The notes under the pieces were generated by a model. That model worked only from the letters and a program-made list of their open reading frames with translations, had not been told where the DNA came from and ran no database searches. From positions 2,790,001 through 2,854,000 of the forward strand of contig OZ361258.1 of NCBI GenBank assembly GCA_977018835.1: a stretch of 64,000 nt of DNA, given 5' to 3'. This document shows, in pieces, positions 55,403 to 64,000 of this stretch (the first letter of the stretch is position 1; every line of letters starts with the position of its first letter). Position numbers and translations under genes: made by a program. Origin of the DNA: Minutocellus sp. GHC0000111 (taxonomy: Eukaryota).

Positions 55403-56752
55403 ATGGGTAGAGCAGAGTCGAGTAGAGCTCCATTCCTTCAAAGGCAGGATGCCCCCCATCGCCTCGTTCAAACGATCCGCCTCGGATGCCGGCTGGGCGG
55501 TACGGCCGGTGACGCTGTTGACGCCAAGAGACTCAAACCGGATCCCTCAAACGGCAGCAAGGCCTTTACCCATGTCTACCTGTGCATCGATCGGAGCGGC
55601 TCCATGAACAGTATGGACGTTGCAGCTTCTGGCGCTGGTGCTGACAATGGAGCTGCCAACAACAATAATGGGCCAGCAGCGCCAGTAGCTATGATGATGA
55701 CCCGGTACGATGCGGTATTTTCCGCCGCCGCTCATCTCGTCGAACTGCAAAAGGGCAAGGGGATTGACTTCTCTCTCATCCTATGGAACGACGAGGCCGA
55801 GTGGATATTTCGCAATCGCACCGCCGACGAGAGTTTGGCCCTCCTCGCCGAGGCCAAGACGTCCAACCCTCCTCGACTGGGGACAAACTTCAGCAACTGC
55901 TTCAAGTTGCTGCGGGAGTGCATTGTGGGCAGCAACAACTCTTCGCAATCGTCGGTGGTGATCTTCCTGTCGGATGGCCGACCAGGAGATCTTCGCTGCC
56001 ACCCACCCAACCAAGGCGAACAGATCCAGCCCACGTACCGAAGGAACAAGCAGACGTACGATTCCGTCGGTGGTCATTTGGGTGCCCTGGAGCCGTATCT
56101 GCCACCTGGCACGCTCCATTTTGTCGGCATACACGAGAGTGGCTATCCCTGGCTCCAGTGCCTGGCCGAGAGGTACAACGGTACCTTTCATATGTCGACG
56201 CTTCACTTTGGCCAAGGGAACAATGGTGGCGATGGTGGTGGTGGAGGAGATGGAGGAGAAGATGGGGCACCACCAGCAGGCGATGCCATGAACAATGCTA
56301 TCAATGGTGGTGCTGATGAAAATGAGCCTGGCAACCAACCAGCTGCCGCCGCTGCCGCTGCTGCAGGTAATGCCAACCAGGAAGATGAAGGCAACGCTGG
56401 CGATAGCGGTAACGGTGGTAATGAAGATGGTGACGAGGTGGAAGCACCCTTTGATCCGAATGTCGCGGTTGGTAACAAGAAGGGCAATGCTGATGAGGAC
56501 GAGGATGACGACGACGACAACGACGATGACCTGGAATTCATCGAGGAAGTGAGCGTGAACGAGAGGATCCGCAGGAACATTGCCAACGGCGAGGTCATCA
56601 CCATTGCCTCTCAGTCGCAGTCCCAATCGATCATGGATACCTTCTCTTCTCTTTCTCAGTCCATCTCTCAATACCACGAGAGTCAGCAGCACTCGGAGGA
56701 TAGCGATGATTATTATGACGACGACGAAGATCCTTACGCAGACGATCTTTGA
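55403..56752 (+). CDS. von Willebrand factor A (vWA) domain protein with acidic low-complexity C-terminal tail
   Basis: MIDAS elements VYLCIDRSGSM, GTNFS and VIFLSDGRP; D/E/N/G-rich tail. First ATG at 55403. Confidence 0.8.
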   Translation: MGRAESSRAPFLQRQDAPHRLVQTIRLGCRLGGTAGDAVDAKRLKPDPSNGSKAFTHVYLCIDRSGSMNSMDVAASGAGADNGAANNNNGPAAPVAMMMTRYDAVFSAAAHLVELQKGKGIDFSLILWNDEAEWIFRNRTADESLALLAEAKTSNPPRLGTNFSNCFKLLRECIVGSNNSSQSSVVIFLSDGRPGDLRCHPPNQGEQIQPTYRRNKQTYDSVGGHLGALEPYLPPGTLHFVGIHESGYPWLQCLAERYNGTFHMSTLHFGQGNNGGDGGGGGDGGEDGAPPAGDAMNNAINGGADENEPGNQPAAAAAAAAGNANQEDEGNAGDSGNGGNEDGDEVEAPFDPNVAVGNKKGNADEDEDDDDDNDDDLEFIEEVSVNERIRRNIANGEVITIASQSQSQSIMDTFSSLSQSISQYHESQQHSEDSDDYYDDDEDPYADDL

Positions 56753-56903
56753 TGACACAAACATCGGCATTCCTACATAAAATTACTCTAGAAAATATGC
56801 AACAATGCCCAGCATAGCATGTATGGAACAACCGCGGAGGAGTACATGTATTTCATCATTATCACTGCTGCCGAGGTTGTTGGAGGATTCACCTCCTCGT
56901 CAT

Positions 56904-58538
56904 CTACCGCAGGAGCGCTCGTGGGTACTTCGCTTCCACCAATTGCTGTTTGGTTTGTCCCGTTGGCACAATTGTCTCAACACCAGCATCTGTGTCACCA
57001 CCAGCGAAGCCTTTCCCCTCTGGGCATATTGTCCATTTGAAGACCTCTGCGCTCAGCGGAGTGGGTCGAATCCTACCCTGAAAACCTTTCCAATCACCAG
57101 TACCTCCAACGACGACATCTGGATAAGCCCCCTCTCCAAAGCCAAGATTACCCGTAAGCCAACCAGACGTCACCTCATCATTATCATCTTTGCCAAAGAA
57201 ATGAAAATTCCATTGACCGGTCGCAGCGCCTCGTTCATTCAAAAAGTAGTGGCCCATAATACGACCCGCAACCGTGGTATTCTCTACATCAGAAGACAAG
57301 AAAAAGGGAGTATTGAAAATACCCAGATGGTCATTTTCTCCAACCAGCTCGCTGCCGCTAAAATTGTATCCACCGACAGTGAACGATTCTGGCTTGGACC
57401 ATTCATAAATTACAGTGCAGTCTTGCTCGACGATTGGATTCGGAAATGGATCGTCATCTGAGCATATTTTGTAGTAATTTACCTCAGCAAATTCTCCCTC
57501 CGGTACAGGGGGAAATTCTTCTACTGTGTCTTCGATCGTACCGACGATGCCTGAGTACTTGCCGCTGCCTCCGATGATGACATTGGGCTGTTCGTCGTTA
57601 GTAAAGGTGCCCAAGGGAGTTTCGAACGAAAAGCCAAAGCTGGTTGCAATCCAATCAACCTCGCCGTCGTCACCGTCGTCGCCACCATCATCGCCAGCGG
57701 TGACGGAAGAGTCGTCAAAGAATTCAAAGTTGAACAACGCCGTTGAAGTCTGCAACGAGTTGGGAAAGTAAACACCAATATTTCGTCCAACCACGTCCTC
57801 ATCCACATTTTGTCCCTGCGCTGCTTCCAGCGAAAGAAAGGTGGGATTATCCTGCACACCCACGTGACTATCATCTCCACGGAATACATCGCCAGAAAAG
57901 CTGCGATTTCCGATAACGCTAGGCTGAGATGAATCCCAAGTGAAGACGTCGACGCACTCTGTCTCGATTTCCATCACCGAGAATGGCGAGGGGGGACAAA
58001 TCGTGTATTCGATGGTGAACGGATTGCTATTGACAACATTGTGCTCAACCGTTCCAATGTATCCCGAGTATTCTCCTGTACCACCTATAACGACATTGGG
58101 AGTGCCGACTGAACTGTTATTGGGACCGAATCCCAGGCTCGCCGAGATCCACCCGCCACTCTCAAAGAAGTTGAAGTTCCACAGTCCACTGTGTAGAGCT
58201 TGCTGTGCGGCGGCTTCATCTCCCACTTCGGTTTCGGCAACGTGAGGCCAAAAGGATCCCATGAGCCGGCCAACTAGCGTTGCCTCAGCAATGTTTGCAT
58301 CATTATAGAGCGGCGTATCGAATACCCCAACGTGCGGTGCTGAAGATCCACCACCATGTTCGACGACACCGGCAAACTCGATGCCCTCGATGGTTGTCAG
58401 GGAAGATATCGCGTGTTCGTAGAAGGTGGAGCAGTGCCTTCGGTTTAGACGAGGATCTGGCGCGTTGGCGGCGGTCGTTGCTACCACGAGAGGAAATATC
58501 AGCGGGAGAAGGCCAAGTAGGTCGGTGCGGTCCTTCAT
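56904..58538 (-). CDS. Secreted protein with three tandem dirigent/allene oxide cyclase-like beta-barrel repeats
   Basis: Signal-like MKDRTDLLGLLPLIFPLVVATTAA. Three ~150-aa repeats each contain H(V/L)G-x-(F/Q)-x-x-P, V(V/A)GR-x-x-G, (W/F)NF-x-FF, W(I/L)-x-x-x-(L/F)GF and P(N/D)V(V/I)(I/V)GG(T/S)G-x-(Y/W)-x-G-x-x-G. Confidence 0.65.
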   Translation of the reverse strand: MKDRTDLLGLLPLIFPLVVATTAANAPDPRLNRRHCSTFYEHAISSLTTIEGIEFAGVVEHGGGSSAPHVGVFDTPLYNDANIAEATLVGRLMGSFWPHVAETEVGDEAAAQQALHSGLWNFNFFESGGWISASLGFGPNNSSVGTPNVVIGGTGEYSGYIGTVEHNVVNSNPFTIEYTICPPSPFSVMEIETECVDVFTWDSSQPSVIGNRSFSGDVFRGDDSHVGVQDNPTFLSLEAAQGQNVDEDVVGRNIGVYFPNSLQTSTALFNFEFFDDSSVTAGDDGGDDGDDGEVDWIATSFGFSFETPLGTFTNDEQPNVIIGGSGKYSGIVGTIEDTVEEFPPVPEGEFAEVNYYKICSDDDPFPNPIVEQDCTVIYEWSKPESFTVGGYNFSGSELVGENDHLGIFNTPFFLSSDVENTTVAGRIMGHYFLNERGAATGQWNFHFFGKDDNDEVTSGWLTGNLGFGEGAYPDVVVGGTGDWKGFQGRIRPTPLSAEVFKWTICPEGKGFAGGDTDAGVETIVPTGQTKQQLVEAKYPRALLR

Positions 58539-58659
58539 GTTTGTTGACGATGGATATCTTTTGCCGATGGCTGACCGCCGAGGGCGGAAAAATCGCGCGC
58601 CACACAAGTCAAGTCAGACGCCGGACAGACCGGCCAAGATGAAACAGTCACGTTGCAAC

Positions 58660-59156
58660 CAGGGTTGTCCACCCGAGGAGATACCCACACCCGAATGGGT
58701 GTCGGGTGCCGGTTTTTGCCGGGTGGGTGGGTAGATATTCTACCCACCCGACCAAGGCATGGCGGTGGGTGTCACCCACCCGACACCCATCGTTACAGAC
58801 GTGTGGATGGGTGGCTAGATGGGTGTGAAAATTGCCTCATCTCGAGGCCAAATTTGCATAATTTTGCACAACAGCCACCACGAACCATGCCAAAATCCTC
58901 CAAAAGTGGCCTCCAAGAGCTCAAGTGCCCACCATGGTGAACTTTTAGCAGAAGAACTCGGCTTTGCCGAAGAAAATTCTGAGTTTGAGCCTCTTATGCA
59001 CCCAAAATCAGATACCCATTGCCCACACCCGATACCCGCCACTTCAAGCATGCAAATGGGTGCCTACCCGTCTACCCACACCCATCCAGAATTCTCCTCG
59101 GGTAACACCCGACACCCACCCACCCATGACAAAATGTGGTCGGGTAGACAACCCTG
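58660..59156. mobile_element. Non-autonomous hAT-type DNA transposon (MITE), 497 bp
   Basis: 17-bp TIRs CAGGGTTGTCCACCCGA (58660-58676) and TCGGGTAGACAACCCTG (59140-59156) with one mismatch. Flanking 8-bp duplication GTTGCAAC at 58652-58659 and 59157-59164. Many subterminal ACCCA/ACCCG motifs; no transposase. Confidence 0.9.
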
Positions 59157-59332
59157 GTTGCAACCAAACCGTGCAACGTGGCGATGGCATCGGCATGCAT
59201 GTCATACGCCACGGCATTGCTGGCGCTGCGGCCTGCTGCCTTGGACCAGCTATTGGACCGAGCGTGCGGACGAGCAGATCGCGCATACCTTAGTGATCAG
59301 TACCATTTGCCATTTCTTGTTGTTGCGTTGGC

Positions 59333-61939
59333 ATGACGAGCACCACCGATACTGCGGCAGCAATGACGCCGCCGGCATCCAAGAGGCTCAAAGTTGAAGT
59401 GCCGCCGACAGGCGAGCAGCCCAAGGAGGCAGATATTCCTGCAGTTCCACCCGTGCTGTCAGCAGCTGACGCGCGGCCGTTGCTGCAATGTCTGCCCCTT
59501 CTTTTGAATGCGGCCGGTCCCACCGCCGGCAGTAATGTGCCGGTGTCCGCCTCGGGCCCAATCGGCAACAGCATTGCGAAAATGAGAGAGCTGTTCGACG
59601 CCCATGGGTTCCGAACGTCATTGGTCACTGCACCCCGCGAAGGATTATCCATTTTTCTGGACTCGGTGGGAACTATCGCCAACAACTCCCAAGACGAGCG
59701 AAACACTCAAGCAGACAAAATGTCGTCGTATCTCATGGCATTGCTCGGCCTTCATCCGGATCAGAATGCAATTGAGAAATGTTATTCCACCACAGTTCGA
59801 GAGGTGTACTGTATGAAGCTCTTTTGTCAGCATGTTCGGTCGGCATTGGGTGGCAGCGACTGTAGCAGCTCCAATGAAAAAATTGACAAGCTCTTGGCGG
59901 CATTGGAAGGGGAAATCGACACCTCGATTCCAATTACCAATGCTGATATCACTGCCAATTTGGTCTTGGCATATGGAGCTGGCACTGACTCTCCCAATTC
60001 CGTGGCTTCATCACTCTTGGCAACAATGAACAATTTGCAGCGACTAGCCTCGTCGGCATCAAAGACCATGTCGTCGCTCATCCCTGACCTCAGTGAAGCC
60101 GAGCACAATCTTAGACCGGATCAGCTGCAGAGAGAGTACGACAGTATACGATCGCACAATTCAACCTATGCCAACGCCCTTATGCAATTGTTTCTCGAGA
60201 CTCATCGATGCAGCATCAAAGAGATTCAGTTGCGGCGGAGTCACCTGCCAAAGTATGAGCGACTTACAATCTTTCTGTATGATCCAAATATCGATGAAAT
60301 GAAACCGCCCAAATTCACCTTCCTTCCGAGCCTTCGCCGAATAATTCAGGAAGGTGTCGAGACAGTTGTTGATCAAATGGTGGAGTCCTTCTGGAACCGC
60401 TTGGTTCTCCTTGGATACTTTGCTACTTCAGACTTGAAGCATGGTGTTTCATCAGAACTTCGGCAGTATCTCCTTCTGGGTCTGGCGAAAGATTCGTCAT
60501 TACCCTTCCTCTTGAATGCCAACTTCACGCCGCGGTATCCATTATCATTGTACTTACATGGCAAGGCAGGGGTTGGCAAGTCGTCGTTCGTTCGCTTTTT
60601 TGCGCCCGCTTTGGAGGAAGTCATTGAACAGTTTTGTGATCCAGATATTGCGTGCAGATTTGTGAAGCAAAATCTCAATAAGCAATCAAAAACTTTGGAG
60701 CGAGAGCTGGAGCTGAGGCCCAATAATAATGATATGTCGATCATGTCGATCATTCAGGGACGAAGGATGACGCTGGCGCAGCAAAAACCTGGGCTAGTAG
60801 TTGTGGGGTTGGAAGAAGTAGCGTCGGATGAAGCCGAAGCCGATCCCAATCAGACAAATACTTGTCAGCTCCTTAGCCAGAGATTCTCAGGACGAAACAG
60901 TAACTACCGAGAGAACGAAGGTGCAGCACAGCCTAGGAATGCTGGTAAGCGTGGCATCAGTGGCGATTCCAATCAAATTGTCATCTTTACATCCAATTAT
61001 GATCTCTCGGAGTCTGCTCAAGATGCTCTCTCCAAGCTGCAAATGTTCCAGAATTTGAAGGTGTACGAGGCTACGCCATTGTCTGGAGATGAACGAGCCG
61101 AATTTGCAAAGGCCTTTATTCAGCAGCGCATCTTCAACAGACTCGGTTGGGACGACAAGTATGGCACAACTTTTGATATTGAGTTAAGCATACCAGTTGG
61201 ACAGGGAGACATAAGAACTCTTGTCCGAGAGTTGCGAATATTGTCGCTCTTTGCCGGCAAATTGCTTTCGGAGACTGGGATGCACACTGCCACATCACCA
61301 CGCACCGTAAAGATTGCTTTCGACGCTGAAAGTGCGTTGACTACTATTGCTGTAGGAAGGCAAGTACTACATTTACAAAGAGAATCAATGGACAACAATC
61401 TCTTCCCAACTGTTGATGACGAAAGAGCGCCTCTCTACTTCGACAAAAGGACTGGCCCGACAATGGCAGAGTTTCAGAAGTTGAGACAATCCGTTGAGCC
61501 GTTCGCTTGCATTTCTGAGCTTGGTCACATATTTGATTACTATTATGCGAGGGCGCTTACACCGGCTGTTGTGGTGAGTAACAATGCAAGAGTAATCAAA
61601 GATATCGTCGGAGCTTTTGACATCCAAAATGTGAATGTGATTTCAGATGTTAATCCTGAGAAGTATAAGATGATGAGGAGTTTATACGATCCTGCCGGCA
61701 CACAGAATCTGCGCGACGACATCCTCAAGTTTGGGAGAGGATCATTCGTTGTTGTAGAGATGACATGCAAATCCATGGATGCGCAGCTTTTGATTCGCGA
61801 AATGATTGAAGATACACCATCTCGGTCGGCTTTTTCATCCAACAAGTCTGCTCTGGCAAAAGATGGTCTCTTATTTGCTGTGCACGTCGAAGGCGAACTG
61901 ACCCCAGAGATCCGTTCACGAGCCTCAATCATCTTGTAG
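59333..61939 (+). CDS. Uncharacterised P-loop NTPase (AAA+/SF3-like core)
   Basis: 868-aa intronless ORF with Walker A LYLHGKAGVGKS, Walker B-like LVVVGLEEV and sensor-1-like IVIFTSN; basic PASKRLK near the N-terminus. Confidence 0.75.
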   Translation: MTSTTDTAAAMTPPASKRLKVEVPPTGEQPKEADIPAVPPVLSAADARPLLQCLPLLLNAAGPTAGSNVPVSASGPIGNSIAKMRELFDAHGFRTSLVTAPREGLSIFLDSVGTIANNSQDERNTQADKMSSYLMALLGLHPDQNAIEKCYSTTVREVYCMKLFCQHVRSALGGSDCSSSNEKIDKLLAALEGEIDTSIPITNADITANLVLAYGAGTDSPNSVASSLLATMNNLQRLASSASKTMSSLIPDLSEAEHNLRPDQLQREYDSIRSHNSTYANALMQLFLETHRCSIKEIQLRRSHLPKYERLTIFLYDPNIDEMKPPKFTFLPSLRRIIQEGVETVVDQMVESFWNRLVLLGYFATSDLKHGVSSELRQYLLLGLAKDSSLPFLLNANFTPRYPLSLYLHGKAGVGKSSFVRFFAPALEEVIEQFCDPDIACRFVKQNLNKQSKTLERELELRPNNNDMSIMSIIQGRRMTLAQQKPGLVVVGLEEVASDEAEADPNQTNTCQLLSQRFSGRNSNYRENEGAAQPRNAGKRGISGDSNQIVIFTSNYDLSESAQDALSKLQMFQNLKVYEATPLSGDERAEFAKAFIQQRIFNRLGWDDKYGTTFDIELSIPVGQGDIRTLVRELRILSLFAGKLLSETGMHTATSPRTVKIAFDAESALTTIAVGRQVLHLQRESMDNNLFPTVDDERAPLYFDKRTGPTMAEFQKLRQSVEPFACISELGHIFDYYYARALTPAVVVSNNARVIKDIVGAFDIQNVNVISDVNPEKYKMMRSLYDPAGTQNLRDDILKFGRGSFVVVEMTCKSMDAQLLIREMIEDTPSRSAFSSNKSALAKDGLLFAVHVEGELTPEIRSRASIIL

Positions 61940-62091
61940 GTAGGCTAAGCCGAGAAAGCTTTTCTTCTCGGATGGTAATGTTAAAATAATGATATCAAAC
62001 TACTAATCTAAAATAAATGAATACGGGCAGCATTGGAAGTGCAAACACTGCTCAAGCTAATTCGCTCCGTGGTGTCCAGGTACGGCTGGAA

Positions 62092-63989
62092 TCAGACTCC
62101 GTTATCAGCATCTTTCCGAGTCGAAGTGGGTCCACTCTGGACATATTGCAGTATCGATCCAAATCGATCGGCTTGGAGGGCAGTATCAAAGCGCCACCGA
62201 TGTAGGAACTCTCGTGCCACAAACTCCCACGTTCGACGTTTCTGTACCTCCTTGGGCTCTACAGTGTTCGTAGGCGTCTGAAAATCTTGAAAAAGGCTCT
62301 GTAATTCGGCATCAAATGATTTACCAATGTGCTCACCAAGGCAAGGACTGAGATTGTACCTCTTGACTTGGGTGATGTACAATCGAAATAGAGATGTGAG
62401 GAGGGATAGCACCAATGAACCAATGGCAAGAGAAAATGGAATCTTTGGCGCAAAGTAGTCCGTCAAGTCTTGGCGCATGGCCAAATCAAAGGGTAGGGCA
62501 ATAGCCGCTGCGAGACTGGCAATCAGTTGGACCACAGCAGCAATCTGTTCACTGCGACATATTCCTCTGACAGACTTGATTGTCTTCGTTTCTTCCGATG
62601 AATTGGCGGCATCGGTCATAATCTTTCCTAGTCGAACATTGAGCTTGACCAAGTGCATTTCCTTCCGAGCGAGGTAAACGATGGCCAGCACGGCAGAAAT
62701 GGGCGTCAAGAGACCAAAGGTGTAGGCGGATATCATCGCAATGAATTCAAACCCGCGATTTCCAGGAGCGGCGGCTCGACCGATGTTTCCAATCGTTGCC
62801 AAAATGGCAGCAATGAAAGAGATCCAGGCGGATACAATAATGAAACTTGTCACCAAACTTTCCTTGGTGGCGTGATACAACACACGAAATTCTTGCGCCC
62901 GACGACGGAGGGCATGCTGGTGTTCACTGTTCGCATTAGACAGCTGATCCAGCTGGTTTTTAAGATAGAGGGTGCGGATCGAGATCGGACACATGCACGA
63001 TGATACAAATCCCGTAGACTTTTCAAGACAGAAGAGAAGGCAAATCTTTTCGTAAAAGTATGCAAGGATTGCTGGAATGTGATGATGACGCCAAGCCCGT
63101 TCCTTGTAGAATCCGTATTTGATTACTCCCCGTTGAAGAGATCCTTCGAATGTGGGTCGGAAATTCAAGAGTTCTTCATAAAGTTTCAGCGCTGAAGACG
63201 CATCAGAAGTGTTGATGCTTGTGGAGTCACGCATGCCGCAGCAAGAGTTGCGACCAAAGTCAAAGTATCAGTGAAGTTCTGAGCCTCTACGGCAAAGTCG
63301 TCGATGATCCAATCGACGGGCTTTGGCTGATTGAAGAGCTCTCCAGAAAAGCGCTCGTTACGTTCGTGGGCACCCTGAGAGTAAGAAATGATGTCTTCCA
63401 GTAACTTTTCTAAAGCCTCGGCGACTCCCATATGATCCGAGAAGGATGACATGACATCGTCATCAAGCTTCAGCTTATGATGTCCATCGGCCATATCTTT
63501 GAATCCGCGCCAAAAGGCACCGGAGTCTTCAATAGCTTGGTTCTCGCCCTTGACACTAGATGCAATCTGCATCATTTGTGTACGGAAGGGCTCAGCCGTT
63601 GGGGATTGCTTGTAATTTTCGTCCTCTTCCATAATGTCAATCAACTGAACAACGATTTCACTCCTCAATTCCTTTCGAAGCTGCTGGATGAAGGCGAGGT
63701 TATCCTCAAAGCCACGTGGAACAATAGCGGCAGCAAACTTGATTTTCCAATCGCGGGAAAGCTCAGGTGTCTGTTCCAAGTCTTGATGTTCATGGACCTT
63801 GGCCCGTAGATACTCGAGCATGTGGCGGTAGCGAAGTCCCGGTCGAAGGAAACCGTCTTCTCCATAGTTGCTGCCAGTTCCACGCTGCACCACCTCACCA
63901 TTGGTCCAGTTGGTCTCAGCAGAATACTGACGGATGCGATCGGCAAAGGGCTTTGAGGTCAAGGCGGGGTCCAAGAAGAAAGTCGAATG
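62092..63989 (-). CDS. Uncharacterised membrane protein, last exon(s); 5'-partial; apparent frameshift between 63186 and 63267
   Basis: Overlapping ORFs 63186..63974 and 62092..63234 lie in different frames. About four C-terminal hydrophobic helices. A probable splice acceptor TAG at 63990-63992 suggests upstream exons lie beyond the window. Confidence 0.6.
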
Positions 63990-64000
63990 CTAGCAATTTT

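Noticed and set aside
55781..57461. ORFs 55781..56770 (-) and 56805..57461 (+)
   Set aside because: Antisense shadows of the vWA and dirigent-like genes.
58819..59397. ORFs within and across the MITE as a possible transposase
   Set aside because: Short, His/Pro-rich translations of subterminal repeats with no DDE or BED motifs.
1..64000. tRNA, rRNA or other structured RNA genes
   Set aside because: None recognised by eye; almost all sequence is coding or MITE. A covariance-model scan was not possible.

Overview
Eukaryotic, gene-dense nuclear DNA, probably from a diatom or related stramenopile (short ~110-nt GT-AG introns, short intergenic spaces, eukaryote-type HCCS); the taxon is inferred. 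Bases 1-46,127 are an intronless, head-to-tail array of near-identical 3.18-3.49 kb units (13 complete, one truncated, plus the tail of an upstream unit). The units are joined in one reading frame with no spacer, encoding a giant FG-nucleoporin-like polyprotein. Each unit has two degenerate calmodulin/centrin-like EF-hand modules, two RanBP2-type zinc fingers, FxFG repeats and a variable 102-bp (34-aa) minisatellite. Only three lesions interrupt ~15,370 codons: TAG at 3256, a 1-bp deletion at ~15501 and a 1-bp deletion at ~45379. The array ends mid-unit, colliding tail-to-tail with a truncated, nonsense-interrupted DUF6067/GH123-like gene. The remaining ~18 kb holds a GcvR-like ACT protein, an OSCA/TMEM63-like channel, holocytochrome c synthase, a vWA protein, a secreted triple dirigent/AOC-like protein, a 497-bp hAT-type MITE with an 8-bp TSD, an orphan P-loop NTPase and a partial membrane protein. 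Several of these genes carry apparent single-base lesions. All family calls come from motif recognition by eye; no database search was run.
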